Source: Syntrophales bacterium (GTDB taxonomy: Bacteria > Desulfobacterota > Syntrophia > Syntrophales > UBA2210). From it: a DNA stretch of 64,000 bases. Positions 18,357 through 27,574 of the stretch are shown in pieces. Location: positions 864,001 through 928,000 of the forward strand of contig CAXXKT010000001.1 in the NCBI GenBank assembly GCA_963662405.2, read 5' to 3'. The notes beneath the pieces were generated by a model. The model worked only from the letters and a program-made list of their open reading frames with translations. It did not search any database and had not been told where the DNA came from. Each line of letters begins with the position of its first letter. Position 1 is the stretch's first letter. A program made the translations under genes and the position numbers.

Positions 18357-18610
18357 TGGGATGGTCACGGGGGAGTCGTCGCATCCGTCCAGACCCCTTC
18401 TCTTGAGCACCTGTCCCCCAGATTTCCGGAGATTTATGGAACCAATAATCAATGCAATTCTGTTGACTATTATAAGCTCCGAGTAATAAAAGGAGGTGTG
18501 AATAAGACACTGCCGAAAGACTAACAGATACACACAACGCTCGTTTTGGTCATCTGATTCTCGCGTACTTCGCTTAAAAACTTTGTTAGGCTAATAACAA
18601 GGGGGGGATT

Positions 18611-19444
18611 ATGACAGCGAAGAAAAAAACGTTTCATTGGAGAGGGTGGACCACGTTTGTGGTCACCATATCCTTTATCGTAGACACCCTGTCGGGAATT
18701 ATTCTTTACATTGCTCCTCCGGGAAGAATCGCCAACTGGACCAACTGGAAGATCTGGGGGCTTACAAAAGAACAGTGGGGAGCGGTGCACACCATATTCG
18801 GGTATGTACTGCTATTCATTGTGGCTGCCCATCTGTATTTCAATTGGAGGATCTTTGTCAATTTCCTCTGGAACAAGGCAAAAAAGGTTTTGAATCTGAA
18901 GTGGGAGCTGGCCCTGTCCATCGTGGTCTGCCTCGTTATATTCCTTGGATCTATCTGGAATATCTTCCCTTTCAGCACCATCATGGAAATCGGGGAGCAC
19001 TTCAAACAGGGTTGGGAACAAAGCGAGGCAAAAGCGCCGCTGGCACACGCGGAGCTGCTCACCCTTACTGATTTTGCCGAGAGCATCAAGGTGCCGGTGG
19101 AACAAATAACGGAGGTACTGAAATCCCGAGGGTATACCTTCGCGGGCACTCATCAGACCGTCGGGGACATTGCCGAGGCCAATACTGTTTCTCCCAACAA
19201 GCTCTATGAGGATATTAAGGCCGGTGGGGTTAACCCCGTTGCTCCTCAAAACGTTGAGGGCTCCGGGATGGGGAAGAAAACTCTGATGGAAATTTGCGAA
19301 GAACAGGGTTTGTTCCTGGAAAAGGTCCTTTCACGGTTGAAAGAACAGGGTGTTGAGGCCAAACCCGATGATCGCCTGAAAGACCTGGCCACACAACTCG
19401 GGAAGCAGCCTACGGAGATGCTTACTATCCTTCGCGGAGAATAG
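18611..19444 (+). CDS. DUF4405 (cytochrome-b-like) membrane protein with C-terminal repeated helical domains
   Basis: SGIILYIAPPG...WGAVHTIFG...AHLYFNW (two TM His); repeated TL.D/E....V..L...G motif. Confidence 0.8.
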   Translation: MTAKKKTFHWRGWTTFVVTISFIVDTLSGIILYIAPPGRIANWTNWKIWGLTKEQWGAVHTIFGYVLLFIVAAHLYFNWRIFVNFLWNKAKKVLNLKWELALSIVVCLVIFLGSIWNIFPFSTIMEIGEHFKQGWEQSEAKAPLAHAELLTLTDFAESIKVPVEQITEVLKSRGYTFAGTHQTVGDIAEANTVSPNKLYEDIKAGGVNPVAPQNVEGSGMGKKTLMEICEEQGLFLEKVLSRLKEQGVEAKPDDRLKDLATQLGKQPTEMLTILRGE

Positions 19445-19448
19445 AGAT

Positions 19449-19572
19449 GATCAGGCCATAATCCCCCCTCCGGGGATGACGGCTGTCCAGAGGCACATAT
19501 GATGAGTTCAAGCTCAGCAGAGTACGCTAAACCACTAACTCCATTATGATATCTTGTCAAGATATATTACGG
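19449..19572 (-). ncRNA. Repeat family copy C (promoter + SD-ATG-GCC-TGA; terminator missing)
   Basis: Colinear with copy B; includes the 17-bp palindrome ATATCTTG-T-CAAGATAT over the -35. Confidence 0.5.
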
Positions 19573-19658
19573 GGAGAGGTCCAGGGGTGGAATCCGGCTT
19601 CGGCATGTGACGCAGGGAAGCGGCTGCGCGTGTGACTGCCACGCTTGCCCCTCATTGT

Positions 19659-20888
19659 CTACTGAGACAGGAGGGAGCTTCGTATGACGCTGTAACCCTT
19701 CTCTGCCATCCTTTCTTCGATGTCTTTGATATGCTCCCTCCCCTTCGTCTCCAGGATGAAGGATACGTTGATCTCGCCGATGGGCGATCCGCCGGAATAA
19801 TGATGGTGAAAGACTTCCAGGAGATTGGCGCCTGTCTCGTGAAATACGTGCAGTACGGCCTCGAGGGCGCCGGGGATGTCTCTGACCCGTGTCTCAACCT
19901 GCATGATGCGGCCGTCGAACGCGAGCCCCCGGGCGATTATGCGGGAGATGAGCGTGACATCTATATTCCCGCCCGACACAACGGCTACCACCTTTGTGCC
20001 CTCCACACCGGGCACCCGGTTGTTGATAAGGGCCGCTACGGGCGCCGCGCCGGCACCCTCTACCACGATCTTTTCCGTCTCCAGGAGATGGAGGATGGCA
20101 TTGGCGATCTCGTCGTCCGTTACGGTCACGATCTCATCCACATACCGGCTGACGATATCGAGCGTGATCTGCCCAACCCGCTTCACCGTGATACCTTCGG
20201 CGATCCTCGACGCGCCGGGGGCCGTGACAACGGAACCGGCCTCGACCGACCGTTTCATCGAAGGACAGTCTGCCGTCTCGACACCGATGACCCGCACCTG
20301 AGGCCGGATGCTCTTAAGATACAAAGCGATGCCGGAAATCAGGCCGCCTCCTCCGATGGGGACGACAACGGCGTCCAGGTCCTTCGACAGTTCGTTGTTT
20401 ATCAGTTCAACGGCCACCGTTCCCTGGCCCGCAATCACCAGAGGATCTTCGAAGGGATGGATGTAGGTTTTCCCTTCTTTTGCGGCCAGGAGGAGGGAGT
20501 GCTCGTAGGCCTCGTCAAAATTCTCCCCTTCAAGGACCACGGCGGCGCCCCAGTACTGTGTCGACGTCACCTTGACGATCGGTGTATTCCGGGGCATGAC
20601 AATAGTGGCGGGGATGCCGAGCCGTCTTGCATGGCAGGCAAGGCCCTGCGCGTGATTGCCCGCGCTTGCGGCGATGACGCCCCGGCGACGCTCTTTCTCA
20701 TCGAGGGAGAGAAGTTTGTTCAGAGCGCCCCGTTCCTTGAAAGACCCCGTGATCTGGAGATTTTCAAGCTTCATCATGACATCGACGCCGCACCGGTCCG
20801 ACAGCCGTGATGATCGGGTCACGGTTGTCTCGACAATATGGGACCGTATCCTCTCATAGGCCCGCTCCACATCTTCTCTCGTCACCAT
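19659..20888 (-). CDS. ilvA: Threonine ammonia-lyase (medium form with ACT domain)
   Basis: KLENLQITGSFKERGA, ASAGNHAQG, PIGGGGLISG, SGGNID; start taken at MVTRED. Confidence 0.93.
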   Translation of the reverse strand: MVTREDVERAYERIRSHIVETTVTRSSRLSDRCGVDVMMKLENLQITGSFKERGALNKLLSLDEKERRRGVIAASAGNHAQGLACHARRLGIPATIVMPRNTPIVKVTSTQYWGAAVVLEGENFDEAYEHSLLLAAKEGKTYIHPFEDPLVIAGQGTVAVELINNELSKDLDAVVVPIGGGGLISGIALYLKSIRPQVRVIGVETADCPSMKRSVEAGSVVTAPGASRIAEGITVKRVGQITLDIVSRYVDEIVTVTDDEIANAILHLLETEKIVVEGAGAAPVAALINNRVPGVEGTKVVAVVSGGNIDVTLISRIIARGLAFDGRIMQVETRVRDIPGALEAVLHVFHETGANLLEVFHHHYSGGSPIGEINVSFILETKGREHIKDIEERMAEKGYSVIRSSLLSQ

Positions 20889-21129
20889 GTCCGTCACTCC
20901 CCGTTGTGAGTTTTTCTCTCTCCGTGCCCTGTAGTACAATCACCGGGAAAAAACAATCATCAGTTCACAATACATTTCTCGCACGGGTCTTGTGCGGAGT
21001 GTGATAATCTTGTATGGATATTTTCAAGTTCGCCGGCGCCTCCAGGTCTGAAGGTGTTGCGGCGATCAAACCCCGGTTATCGTGTCCGTATCATGTTTGA
21101 GGCGTGACATTGATTGCCAGTGAGGGCTC

Positions 21130-23382
21130 ATGCGTCGAATCACCCCGGAGATGTCGTCTCTGAACCATGTCGGCCGGTCCCATCGGGTCCCGGTTTTTTT
21201 CCTGATTATTTTTCTCCTCCTCTTTGTTTCAGTTGCCGCGCACGGTGAACCCCGGCCCCGCATCGGTCTGGTCCTCTCCGGCGGGGGGGCGCGAGGGATC
21301 GCCCATATCGGGGTGCTCAAAGTACTGGAGGAGATGCGGATTCCGGTGGATGTGATCGCCGGGACGAGCATGGGAAGCATCGTGGGGGGGCTCTACGCGT
21401 CGGGGCTTTCGCCCACGGAGCTGGAGGAGCTTGTCACCAGCGTCGAATGGAACAAGGCATTCCAGGACAAACCACCGCTGGAGGAACAGCCCTTCCGGCG
21501 CAAGCGTGACACACAGGATTATCAGATCGATTTCGAGCTCGGGTTCAAAGACGGGCAGTTCGCTGTTCCCCGCGGGTTTGTGCAGGGGCAGGGCCTGAAT
21601 TATATCCTGAATATGGCGCTGATCCACCAGGCAGCGGTCAGGGATTTCGATCGTCTCCCCGTTCCGTTCCGCGCCGTGGCTGCCGATATCGAAACGGGGG
21701 AGGCGGTGGTCATCGGGACGGGGGACCTGGCGACGGCCCTCAGGGCGAGCATGTCCATTCCGGGGGTTTTTACCCCGGTGGAGGTGGAGGGACGGGTGCT
21801 CGTCGACGGCGGGATCGCCGACAATCTCCCGGTGGATGTGGCGCGCCGGATGGGGGCGGATGTCCTGATCTGCGTGGATATCGGGACCCCGCTGAGGCCC
21901 CGTGAAAAGCTCCAGTCGGCGGGGAGCATCACCGCACAGGTCATGACGATCCTGATTCAGCGCAATGTCGCCACGCAGCTCGCGACCCTTGGTCCGGAGG
22001 ATATCCTGATCAGGCCGGAACTCGGCGACGCGGGGACGACGGATTTCACGAAATCTCTCTCGATCCTGAAGATCGGTGAAGAGACGGCCCGGGCGATGAC
22101 GCCGCAGCTGTCGCGGCTATCGCGCCCCGACGCGGAATACGCCGCCTATCTCGCCCGGCAGCGGCAGAGATCGAGAGAGATGCCGGTCATCGACGAGATC
22201 ACGATCGTCAATAAATCAGGCCTTGCCGACGCGGTCCTGGCGGCACAGGTCGAGACGAAGCCGGGAGAGAAACTCGACGAACAGCGACTCTATGAAGACC
22301 TGTCGCGGCTGTATAATCTCGGTACCTTCGAGCGGGTGGATATGAGTCTCGAAGAGGATGCAGATGGCAAAACCGGCCTGACCCTGACCCCGGTCGACAA
22401 GGGGTGGGGGCAGACGAACATCCGCTTCGGCTTCAGTATCGATGATAACTTTCAGGGTTCGAACTCCTATACAGTCTCGGCCATTATCAACCAGATGGAG
22501 ATGAACCGCCTGGGGGCGGAGTGGCGCAACGAGTTTCAGATCGGTGATCTCATGGAGGTCAGGTCCGAGTTCTACCAGCCCCTCGACCCGTCGACGCGGT
22601 TCTTCGTCGCGCCGATCATCGATTACGGGGAACGGAACGTCAATGCCTTCGATGCCGATGGGGACATCGTCGTGCAGCACCGGATCAAGATGCTGGAGGC
22701 CGGGATCGACCTGGGAAGGCAGTTCGGCGATTGGGGGGAATTTCGTGTCGGGCTCCGGAGAGGCTATGGGAGGTATGAGGTCAATGTCGGCGATCCCGCA
22801 ATGGGGTCGGGAAGCTTCAACCGGGGCGGAACGTACGCCGCCTTTCAGTACAATACCATCGACAATTTCAACTACCCCCAGCACGGGGCGGATGCCGCTG
22901 TTATCTGGCAGGCCAATTACAAGGAATTGGGATCGGACATAGACGGGAGCAGTCTGGTCGTGAGCGGTACCAAGGTTATGACATGGGGAGACCATACCCT
23001 GATCCCCTCGTTCGTGGTGCAGACGTCTCTGGAGGGAGATGATCTGATGCAGGATTCCTTCGGCCTGGGCGGGCTCCTCAATCTGTCCGGATACACGCAG
23101 GATGAACTCTCCGGGCAGCATACCGCCCTGGGGTATATCGCCTATCTGCGAAAGATCAGCCGCCGCGGGCTGGGGGACCTCAAGATGCAGCTGTTCTGGG
23201 GTGGGTCGATCGAGGCGGGGAATGTGTGGGACCGCCGCGAGGACATGTCGCTGTCCTCGCTGATGCTGGCGGGGAGCATCTTTGTCGGTGCCGATTCCTT
23301 CATCGGTCCGGCCTATATCGGGTACGGACAGGCGGAGGGGGGACACCGGATGTTCTATTTCACGATCGGCCAGAAATTCTAG
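21130..23382 (+). CDS. Patatin-like phospholipase with POTRA and beta-barrel (PlpD/type Vd-like)
   Basis: LSGGGARG, GTSMG, DGG motifs; C-terminal barrel ending YFTIGQKF. Confidence 0.9.
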   Translation: MRRITPEMSSLNHVGRSHRVPVFFLIIFLLLFVSVAAHGEPRPRIGLVLSGGGARGIAHIGVLKVLEEMRIPVDVIAGTSMGSIVGGLYASGLSPTELEELVTSVEWNKAFQDKPPLEEQPFRRKRDTQDYQIDFELGFKDGQFAVPRGFVQGQGLNYILNMALIHQAAVRDFDRLPVPFRAVAADIETGEAVVIGTGDLATALRASMSIPGVFTPVEVEGRVLVDGGIADNLPVDVARRMGADVLICVDIGTPLRPREKLQSAGSITAQVMTILIQRNVATQLATLGPEDILIRPELGDAGTTDFTKSLSILKIGEETARAMTPQLSRLSRPDAEYAAYLARQRQRSREMPVIDEITIVNKSGLADAVLAAQVETKPGEKLDEQRLYEDLSRLYNLGTFERVDMSLEEDADGKTGLTLTPVDKGWGQTNIRFGFSIDDNFQGSNSYTVSAIINQMEMNRLGAEWRNEFQIGDLMEVRSEFYQPLDPSTRFFVAPIIDYGERNVNAFDADGDIVVQHRIKMLEAGIDLGRQFGDWGEFRVGLRRGYGRYEVNVGDPAMGSGSFNRGGTYAAFQYNTIDNFNYPQHGADAAVIWQANYKELGSDIDGSSLVVSGTKVMTWGDHTLIPSFVVQTSLEGDDLMQDSFGLGGLLNLSGYTQDELSGQHTALGYIAYLRKISRRGLGDLKMQLFWGGSIEAGNVWDRREDMSLSSLMLAGSIFVGADSFIGPAYIGYGQAEGGHRMFYFTIGQKF

Positions 23383-23384
23383 GA

Positions 23385-24824
23385 TCAAAGATACGGGGAC
23401 AGTAGCCATGCCAGCGAGTCGCGCAGCCTGACCGGAAGGGAACGGCCGTCGATAACGTCAAGCTTGACCGCCCGTGAGCGTTCCATCACCCCTTCCACGT
23501 GCTTCGTCAGGGTCGCAGCCAGTGGCGCGTCAAAGACCTCAACGGCCAGCTCGAAATTGAGCCTGAGACTGCGGGGGTCGATGTTGGCGGAGCCGATATG
23601 CACGTAGTATTCGTCGACGATGACCAGTTTGGTATGGGCAAAGGGAGGCGGCTGGTAGTAGACGGTAACCCCCCGTTTCAGGAGCTCCCACAGCATGTTG
23701 CGCGTGGCCCAGTGGACGATGTGGGAGTCGTTTTTCTCCGGCAGGATGATCGTTACCTGCAGGCCACGCAGGGCCGCGGCCTGCAGGACGGAAAGCAGGC
23801 CTCGCGGCGGGATGAAGTAGGGCGTCATGATCACGACGGATTTCCGGGCCGCTGACACCGCGGCCATGAGAATCATGAGGAGTTTGTCCATATCCTCGTT
23901 CGGCCCTTCCGTGATGACACGGCACAGGGCCGAACCTTCCGGCGCCGGCTCAACCGGTTTCGGCGGTGTGTCGATACCCGTAATAAATTGCCAATCATCA
24001 ATAAAGACCTCTTCAATCTGCCGCACCACCAGTCCCTTGAGTCGGAAATGCAGGTCAACGACCCGGTTCGGGTTTTCACGTCGCTCTGCCAGGTGCCGGT
24101 CTCCGATATTGATTCCCCCCGTGAACGCGACCTCCCCGTCCGCGACAAGGATCTTCCGGTGATTGCGGAGGTTGATGGGGGCAAAGGGAGGAAACAGCCG
24201 GGGAGGGAGAAACCGTGCAACGGCGACTCCCCGTTTTTTCAACCACCTGCTGGCACGTCTCATGCGGTACATGTCGCTGAGTCCGTCGATCATAACCCTG
24301 ACATCGACGCCCCTCTGCACCGCCCGCTCCAGCGCGGCGATAAAGGTCTGACCGGTATGATTACCATCGAAGATGTAGGTGGTGAGGAAGAGGGTCCGCC
24401 GCGCGTTTTCGATTGCGTCGAGCATTGCGGGATAGGCCTCCTCCCCGTTGTGGAGGACCTCAATGCGGTTCCCGCCCACAAGTGCCCTGTCGGTAATAAT
24501 ATCAGACACATGAACAAGCTCGGGGAGGTCACTGATACGCGTGCTATCGGCGTTTTCGGTTGCGTCGGCGGCATGGCGGTCAGCCGGCGTGGTCACGCCT
24601 GAGTTCAGTGAATCCGCGCGGTTCTGAAGTTCCTCCGCCCTGGTCCGGACCCGGTTGATACCGAAGAGATAGTATAACAGAGGGCCACCAAAGGGGAGGA
24701 GGATGCAGACGGCAATCCACCCGATCGCCGCTTTCGGATCACGTTTTGAAAGGAGGGCGTGGACCGAACTGATCGTGGCGACGATAATTGCCAACCCTGC
24801 CATCAGTGTGTCGAGGATATTCAT
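23385..24824 (-). CDS. cls: Cardiolipin synthase
   Basis: Two HKD motifs (HRKILVAD, HTKLVIVD); N-terminal TM pair. Confidence 0.93.
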   Translation of the reverse strand: MNILDTLMAGLAIIVATISSVHALLSKRDPKAAIGWIAVCILLPFGGPLLYYLFGINRVRTRAEELQNRADSLNSGVTTPADRHAADATENADSTRISDLPELVHVSDIITDRALVGGNRIEVLHNGEEAYPAMLDAIENARRTLFLTTYIFDGNHTGQTFIAALERAVQRGVDVRVMIDGLSDMYRMRRASRWLKKRGVAVARFLPPRLFPPFAPINLRNHRKILVADGEVAFTGGINIGDRHLAERRENPNRVVDLHFRLKGLVVRQIEEVFIDDWQFITGIDTPPKPVEPAPEGSALCRVITEGPNEDMDKLLMILMAAVSAARKSVVIMTPYFIPPRGLLSVLQAAALRGLQVTIILPEKNDSHIVHWATRNMLWELLKRGVTVYYQPPPFAHTKLVIVDEYYVHIGSANIDPRSLRLNFELAVEVFDAPLAATLTKHVEGVMERSRAVKLDVIDGRSLPVRLRDSLAWLLSPYL

Positions 24825-25043
24825 GGAATGAGATGCCGTCGCTCCTTATCGATCGCAACCGTCACGCGAGCCATACATGCTCTCACCAGTTCTGAAAGCT
24901 CTAGAGAACTCTTACCACAACTGGGAAAACAGGATCAATCGCCTGATCGATTTTTTCCGGAATGATCTTCGTGAATCGCGGGCATGTGCTACCGGTCGGC
25001 ATCGCAGGGGATCCGCGTTGAGAAAAATGGGCGCTGTCCCCAA

Positions 25044-25075
25044 TAAAAAAGGGCCGGTTCTTGAGAACCGGCCCT
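25044..25075 (-). terminator. Intrinsic terminator of glnA
   Basis: AGGGCCGGTTCT/AGAACCGGCCCT plus T tract on the minus strand. Confidence 0.85.
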
Positions 25076-25096
25076 CGGACCCTGTGTTCAGGACGG

Positions 25097-27190
25097 TTAC
25101 AGCTTGAAGAGGAGATCGGTGTACGTCGGGACGGGCCACAGGTCCGCCGGCACCAGCATCTCCAGTGCGTCGATATCACCGCGCAGTGTATGCATGAACG
25201 GGAATACCGTGTCACGATAGGCCTCGGCCTGCTTGACGGTATCATCGATCTTCTGTGCCTTGGCCACAGCCCCTTCCAGCTTCGTCAGGGTCTTATAGGC
25301 AGAAGCCACCACCGCACCGACCTTCTTGAGAAGATCTGCCTGCGCCGGTGCGGGGATCCCCGCACCCTTGAGGCCGGCGAGGGAATCGGCCAATACGGTC
25401 GAATATTCGATCCCCGCGGGGATGAACTGTTTCTTTGCCATATCGATGGCCGTCAGGGCCTCGATATTGATCTGCTTCGCGTAGATCTCGACATAGATCT
25501 CGTAGCGCGAGTGCAGCTCCTTGTGCGAGAGGACCGCGTACTTCTCGAAAAGCTTCAATGCCTTCGGCGTTACAAAGGCCTTCAGGGCGTCCACGCTGTT
25601 CCGCACGTTGGGCAACCCTCTCTTTTCGGCCTCTTTCACCCAGGCGTCGGAGTAGTTGTCGCCGTTGAAGAGGATCCGGTTGTGCTTCTTGTAGATTTCC
25701 TTGATAATCGCAGCCACTTCAGCATTGATATCCTTTGCCTTTTCCAGGCGGGTGGCGATCTCGTCGAGTGCCTCGGCCGCGATGGTGTTCAACGCCACAT
25801 TCGCCCCGGCGATCGACTGGGCGGACCCGACCATCCGGAACTCGAACTTATCTCCGGTAAAGGCAAACGGCGATGTCCGGTTACGGTCGGTGTTGTCCTG
25901 CGGAATCGCGGGAAGCGTGTCGACTCCGACATGGAGGACCTGCGGATCTCTCGTGGAAAGCTTCTCACCCTTTGAAATCTTTTCGAGTATCTCCGTCAGT
26001 TCTTCTCCCATGAATATGGAGATGATGGCCGGAGGCGCTTCGTTGGCACCCAGACGGTGATCGTTCCCGGCGCTGGCGCAGGTGGCCCGCAGGATGTCGG
26101 CATGGGTATCGACGGCCTTGATCATGGCGCTCAAAAAGATGAGGAACTGGACGTTATCGCTTGCCGTGTGCCCCGGCTTCAGCAGGTTGATGCCGTCGTC
26201 TGTGGAGAGAGACCAGTTGTTGTGTTTCCCCGAACCGTTGATCCCGGCATAAGGTTTCTCATGGAGCAGGCAAACGAGGTCATGCCGGAGCGCGACCTTC
26301 TGCATCGTCTCCATGACCAGTTGGTTGTGGTCGGTCGCGATGTTGGCGGTCGCGAAGATGGGGGCCATTTCGTACTGCGCCGGTGCGACCTCGTTGTGCT
26401 GGGTCTTGGAGGTGATGCCCATCTTCCACAGTTCGTTGTTCAGGTCCCACATGTAATCGGCGACCCGATCCTTGATGGAGCCAAAGTACTGGTCATCCAG
26501 TTCCTGCCCCTTGGGCGCGGGGGCGCCGAAGAGCGTCCGTCCGGTCAGCATCAGGTCGAGTCGCTCCAGGTAAAAGTCCCTGTCCACGAGGAAATATTCC
26601 TGCTCCGGACCGACCGTGGAGACAACCCTGGTGGTAGTGTTGCCCAGTGCCTGCAGGACCCGCACGGCCTGTTTGGAGACAGCCGCCATGGACCGCAGGA
26701 GGGGGGTCTTCTTGTCGAGGGCCTCTCCATGATAGGAGTAGAAGGCCGTCGGAATCGTCAGGGTCACATTCCCGCTTTCATCGGTCTTCAGAAAGGCGGG
26801 AGAGGTGCAGTCCCATGCCGTGTAACCCCGGGCCTCAAAGGTGGCACGCAGACCGCCGCTTGGAAAGGAAGAGGCGTCCGGTTCACCCTGGATGAGCTGT
26901 TTGCCGGAAAATTCGGTGACGCAACTACCGTCCGCGGTCGCGGATATGAATGAGTCGTGCTTCTCGGCGGTGAATCCGGTCAGCGGCTGAAACCAGTGGG
27001 TGTAATGGGTGGCGCCTTTCTCTATCGCCCAGTCTTTCATGGCGTTGGCGACTACATCGGCGATATCGGGTTTGAGGGGGGTGCCGTTTTCAATCGTTTC
27101 CCTCAAGGCCTTGCAGGTATCCTTGGGCAGGCGCTCTTTCATTGCCTTATGGTTAAAAACATTCGAACCAAAAATTTCTGTCACATCCAT
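25097..27190 (-). CDS. glnA: Glutamine synthetase type III
   Basis: [60 protein letters not shown]. Confidence 0.96.
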   Translation of the reverse strand: MDVTEIFGSNVFNHKAMKERLPKDTCKALRETIENGTPLKPDIADVVANAMKDWAIEKGATHYTHWFQPLTGFTAEKHDSFISATADGSCVTEFSGKQLIQGEPDASSFPSGGLRATFEARGYTAWDCTSPAFLKTDESGNVTLTIPTAFYSYHGEALDKKTPLLRSMAAVSKQAVRVLQALGNTTTRVVSTVGPEQEYFLVDRDFYLERLDLMLTGRTLFGAPAPKGQELDDQYFGSIKDRVADYMWDLNNELWKMGITSKTQHNEVAPAQYEMAPIFATANIATDHNQLVMETMQKVALRHDLVCLLHEKPYAGINGSGKHNNWSLSTDDGINLLKPGHTASDNVQFLIFLSAMIKAVDTHADILRATCASAGNDHRLGANEAPPAIISIFMGEELTEILEKISKGEKLSTRDPQVLHVGVDTLPAIPQDNTDRNRTSPFAFTGDKFEFRMVGSAQSIAGANVALNTIAAEALDEIATRLEKAKDINAEVAAIIKEIYKKHNRILFNGDNYSDAWVKEAEKRGLPNVRNSVDALKAFVTPKALKLFEKYAVLSHKELHSRYEIYVEIYAKQINIEALTAIDMAKKQFIPAGIEYSTVLADSLAGLKGAGIPAPAQADLLKKVGAVVASAYKTLTKLEGAVAKAQKIDDTVKQAEAYRDTVFPFMHTLRGDIDALEMLVPADLWPVPTYTDLLFKL

Positions 27191-27273
27191 AGTGTTGTTC
27201 CCCTTTCAATGGGTATCGGGTTGTCGTTGCGTGCGATACAGCACCGAATCCGTTGTCCCTGTCCGAGAAGTAA

Positions 27274-27290
27274 AGCAAAGGGCGTGCCAA
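27274..27290 (-). promoter_or_regulatory. sigma54 (-24/-12) promoter of glnA
   Basis: Minus strand TTGGCACG ccct TTGCT. Confidence 0.9.
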
Positions 27291-27307
27291 TACTTATTTC
27301 TCTTGTT

Positions 27308-27320
27308 TATCAATATGTTG
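27308..27320 (+). promoter_or_regulatory. IHF binding site
   Basis: TATCAATATGTTG fits WATCAAN4TTR exactly, just upstream of the sigma54 promoter. Confidence 0.7.
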
Positions 27321-27507
27321 CGTTTGAGATATCATTTCGGATCGTTCCCGTTATGGGACAGAGGTGTTGGGCACATGCGTGAATCCTACAATTTTGTAAG
27401 AATTAATTCGCTTTTCGACTGACGTATGACTCTAACGTAAGAGAGATGCTCTTGTCAAAACAAGAAATGATGGAAGGGCGTCTGAGGGGATTAATCCCGA
27501 AAGATAT

Positions 27508-27536
27508 TTGACGAAGGTGGACTTTTTGAGTATAAA
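27508..27536 (+). promoter_or_regulatory. sigma70 promoter of the pur operon
   Basis: TTGACG-17-TATAAA, 38 bp before the purD start. Confidence 0.65.
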
Positions 27537-27574
27537 CTCGAATCTTATTCTATAATCTCCAGGCGGAGGAAAGC

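Noticed and set aside
19585..19645. SRP-RNA-like string (GCAGGGAAGCGGCTGC) after ilvA
   Set aside because: Lacks the CAGG-NN-GNRA-NN-AGCA helix-8 pattern and long rod; treated as an ordinary hairpin.
15218..19863. ilvA and tag repeats as DGR repeats or prophage att sites
   Set aside because: Mixed substitution types; no RT, phage genes or integrase between the copies.
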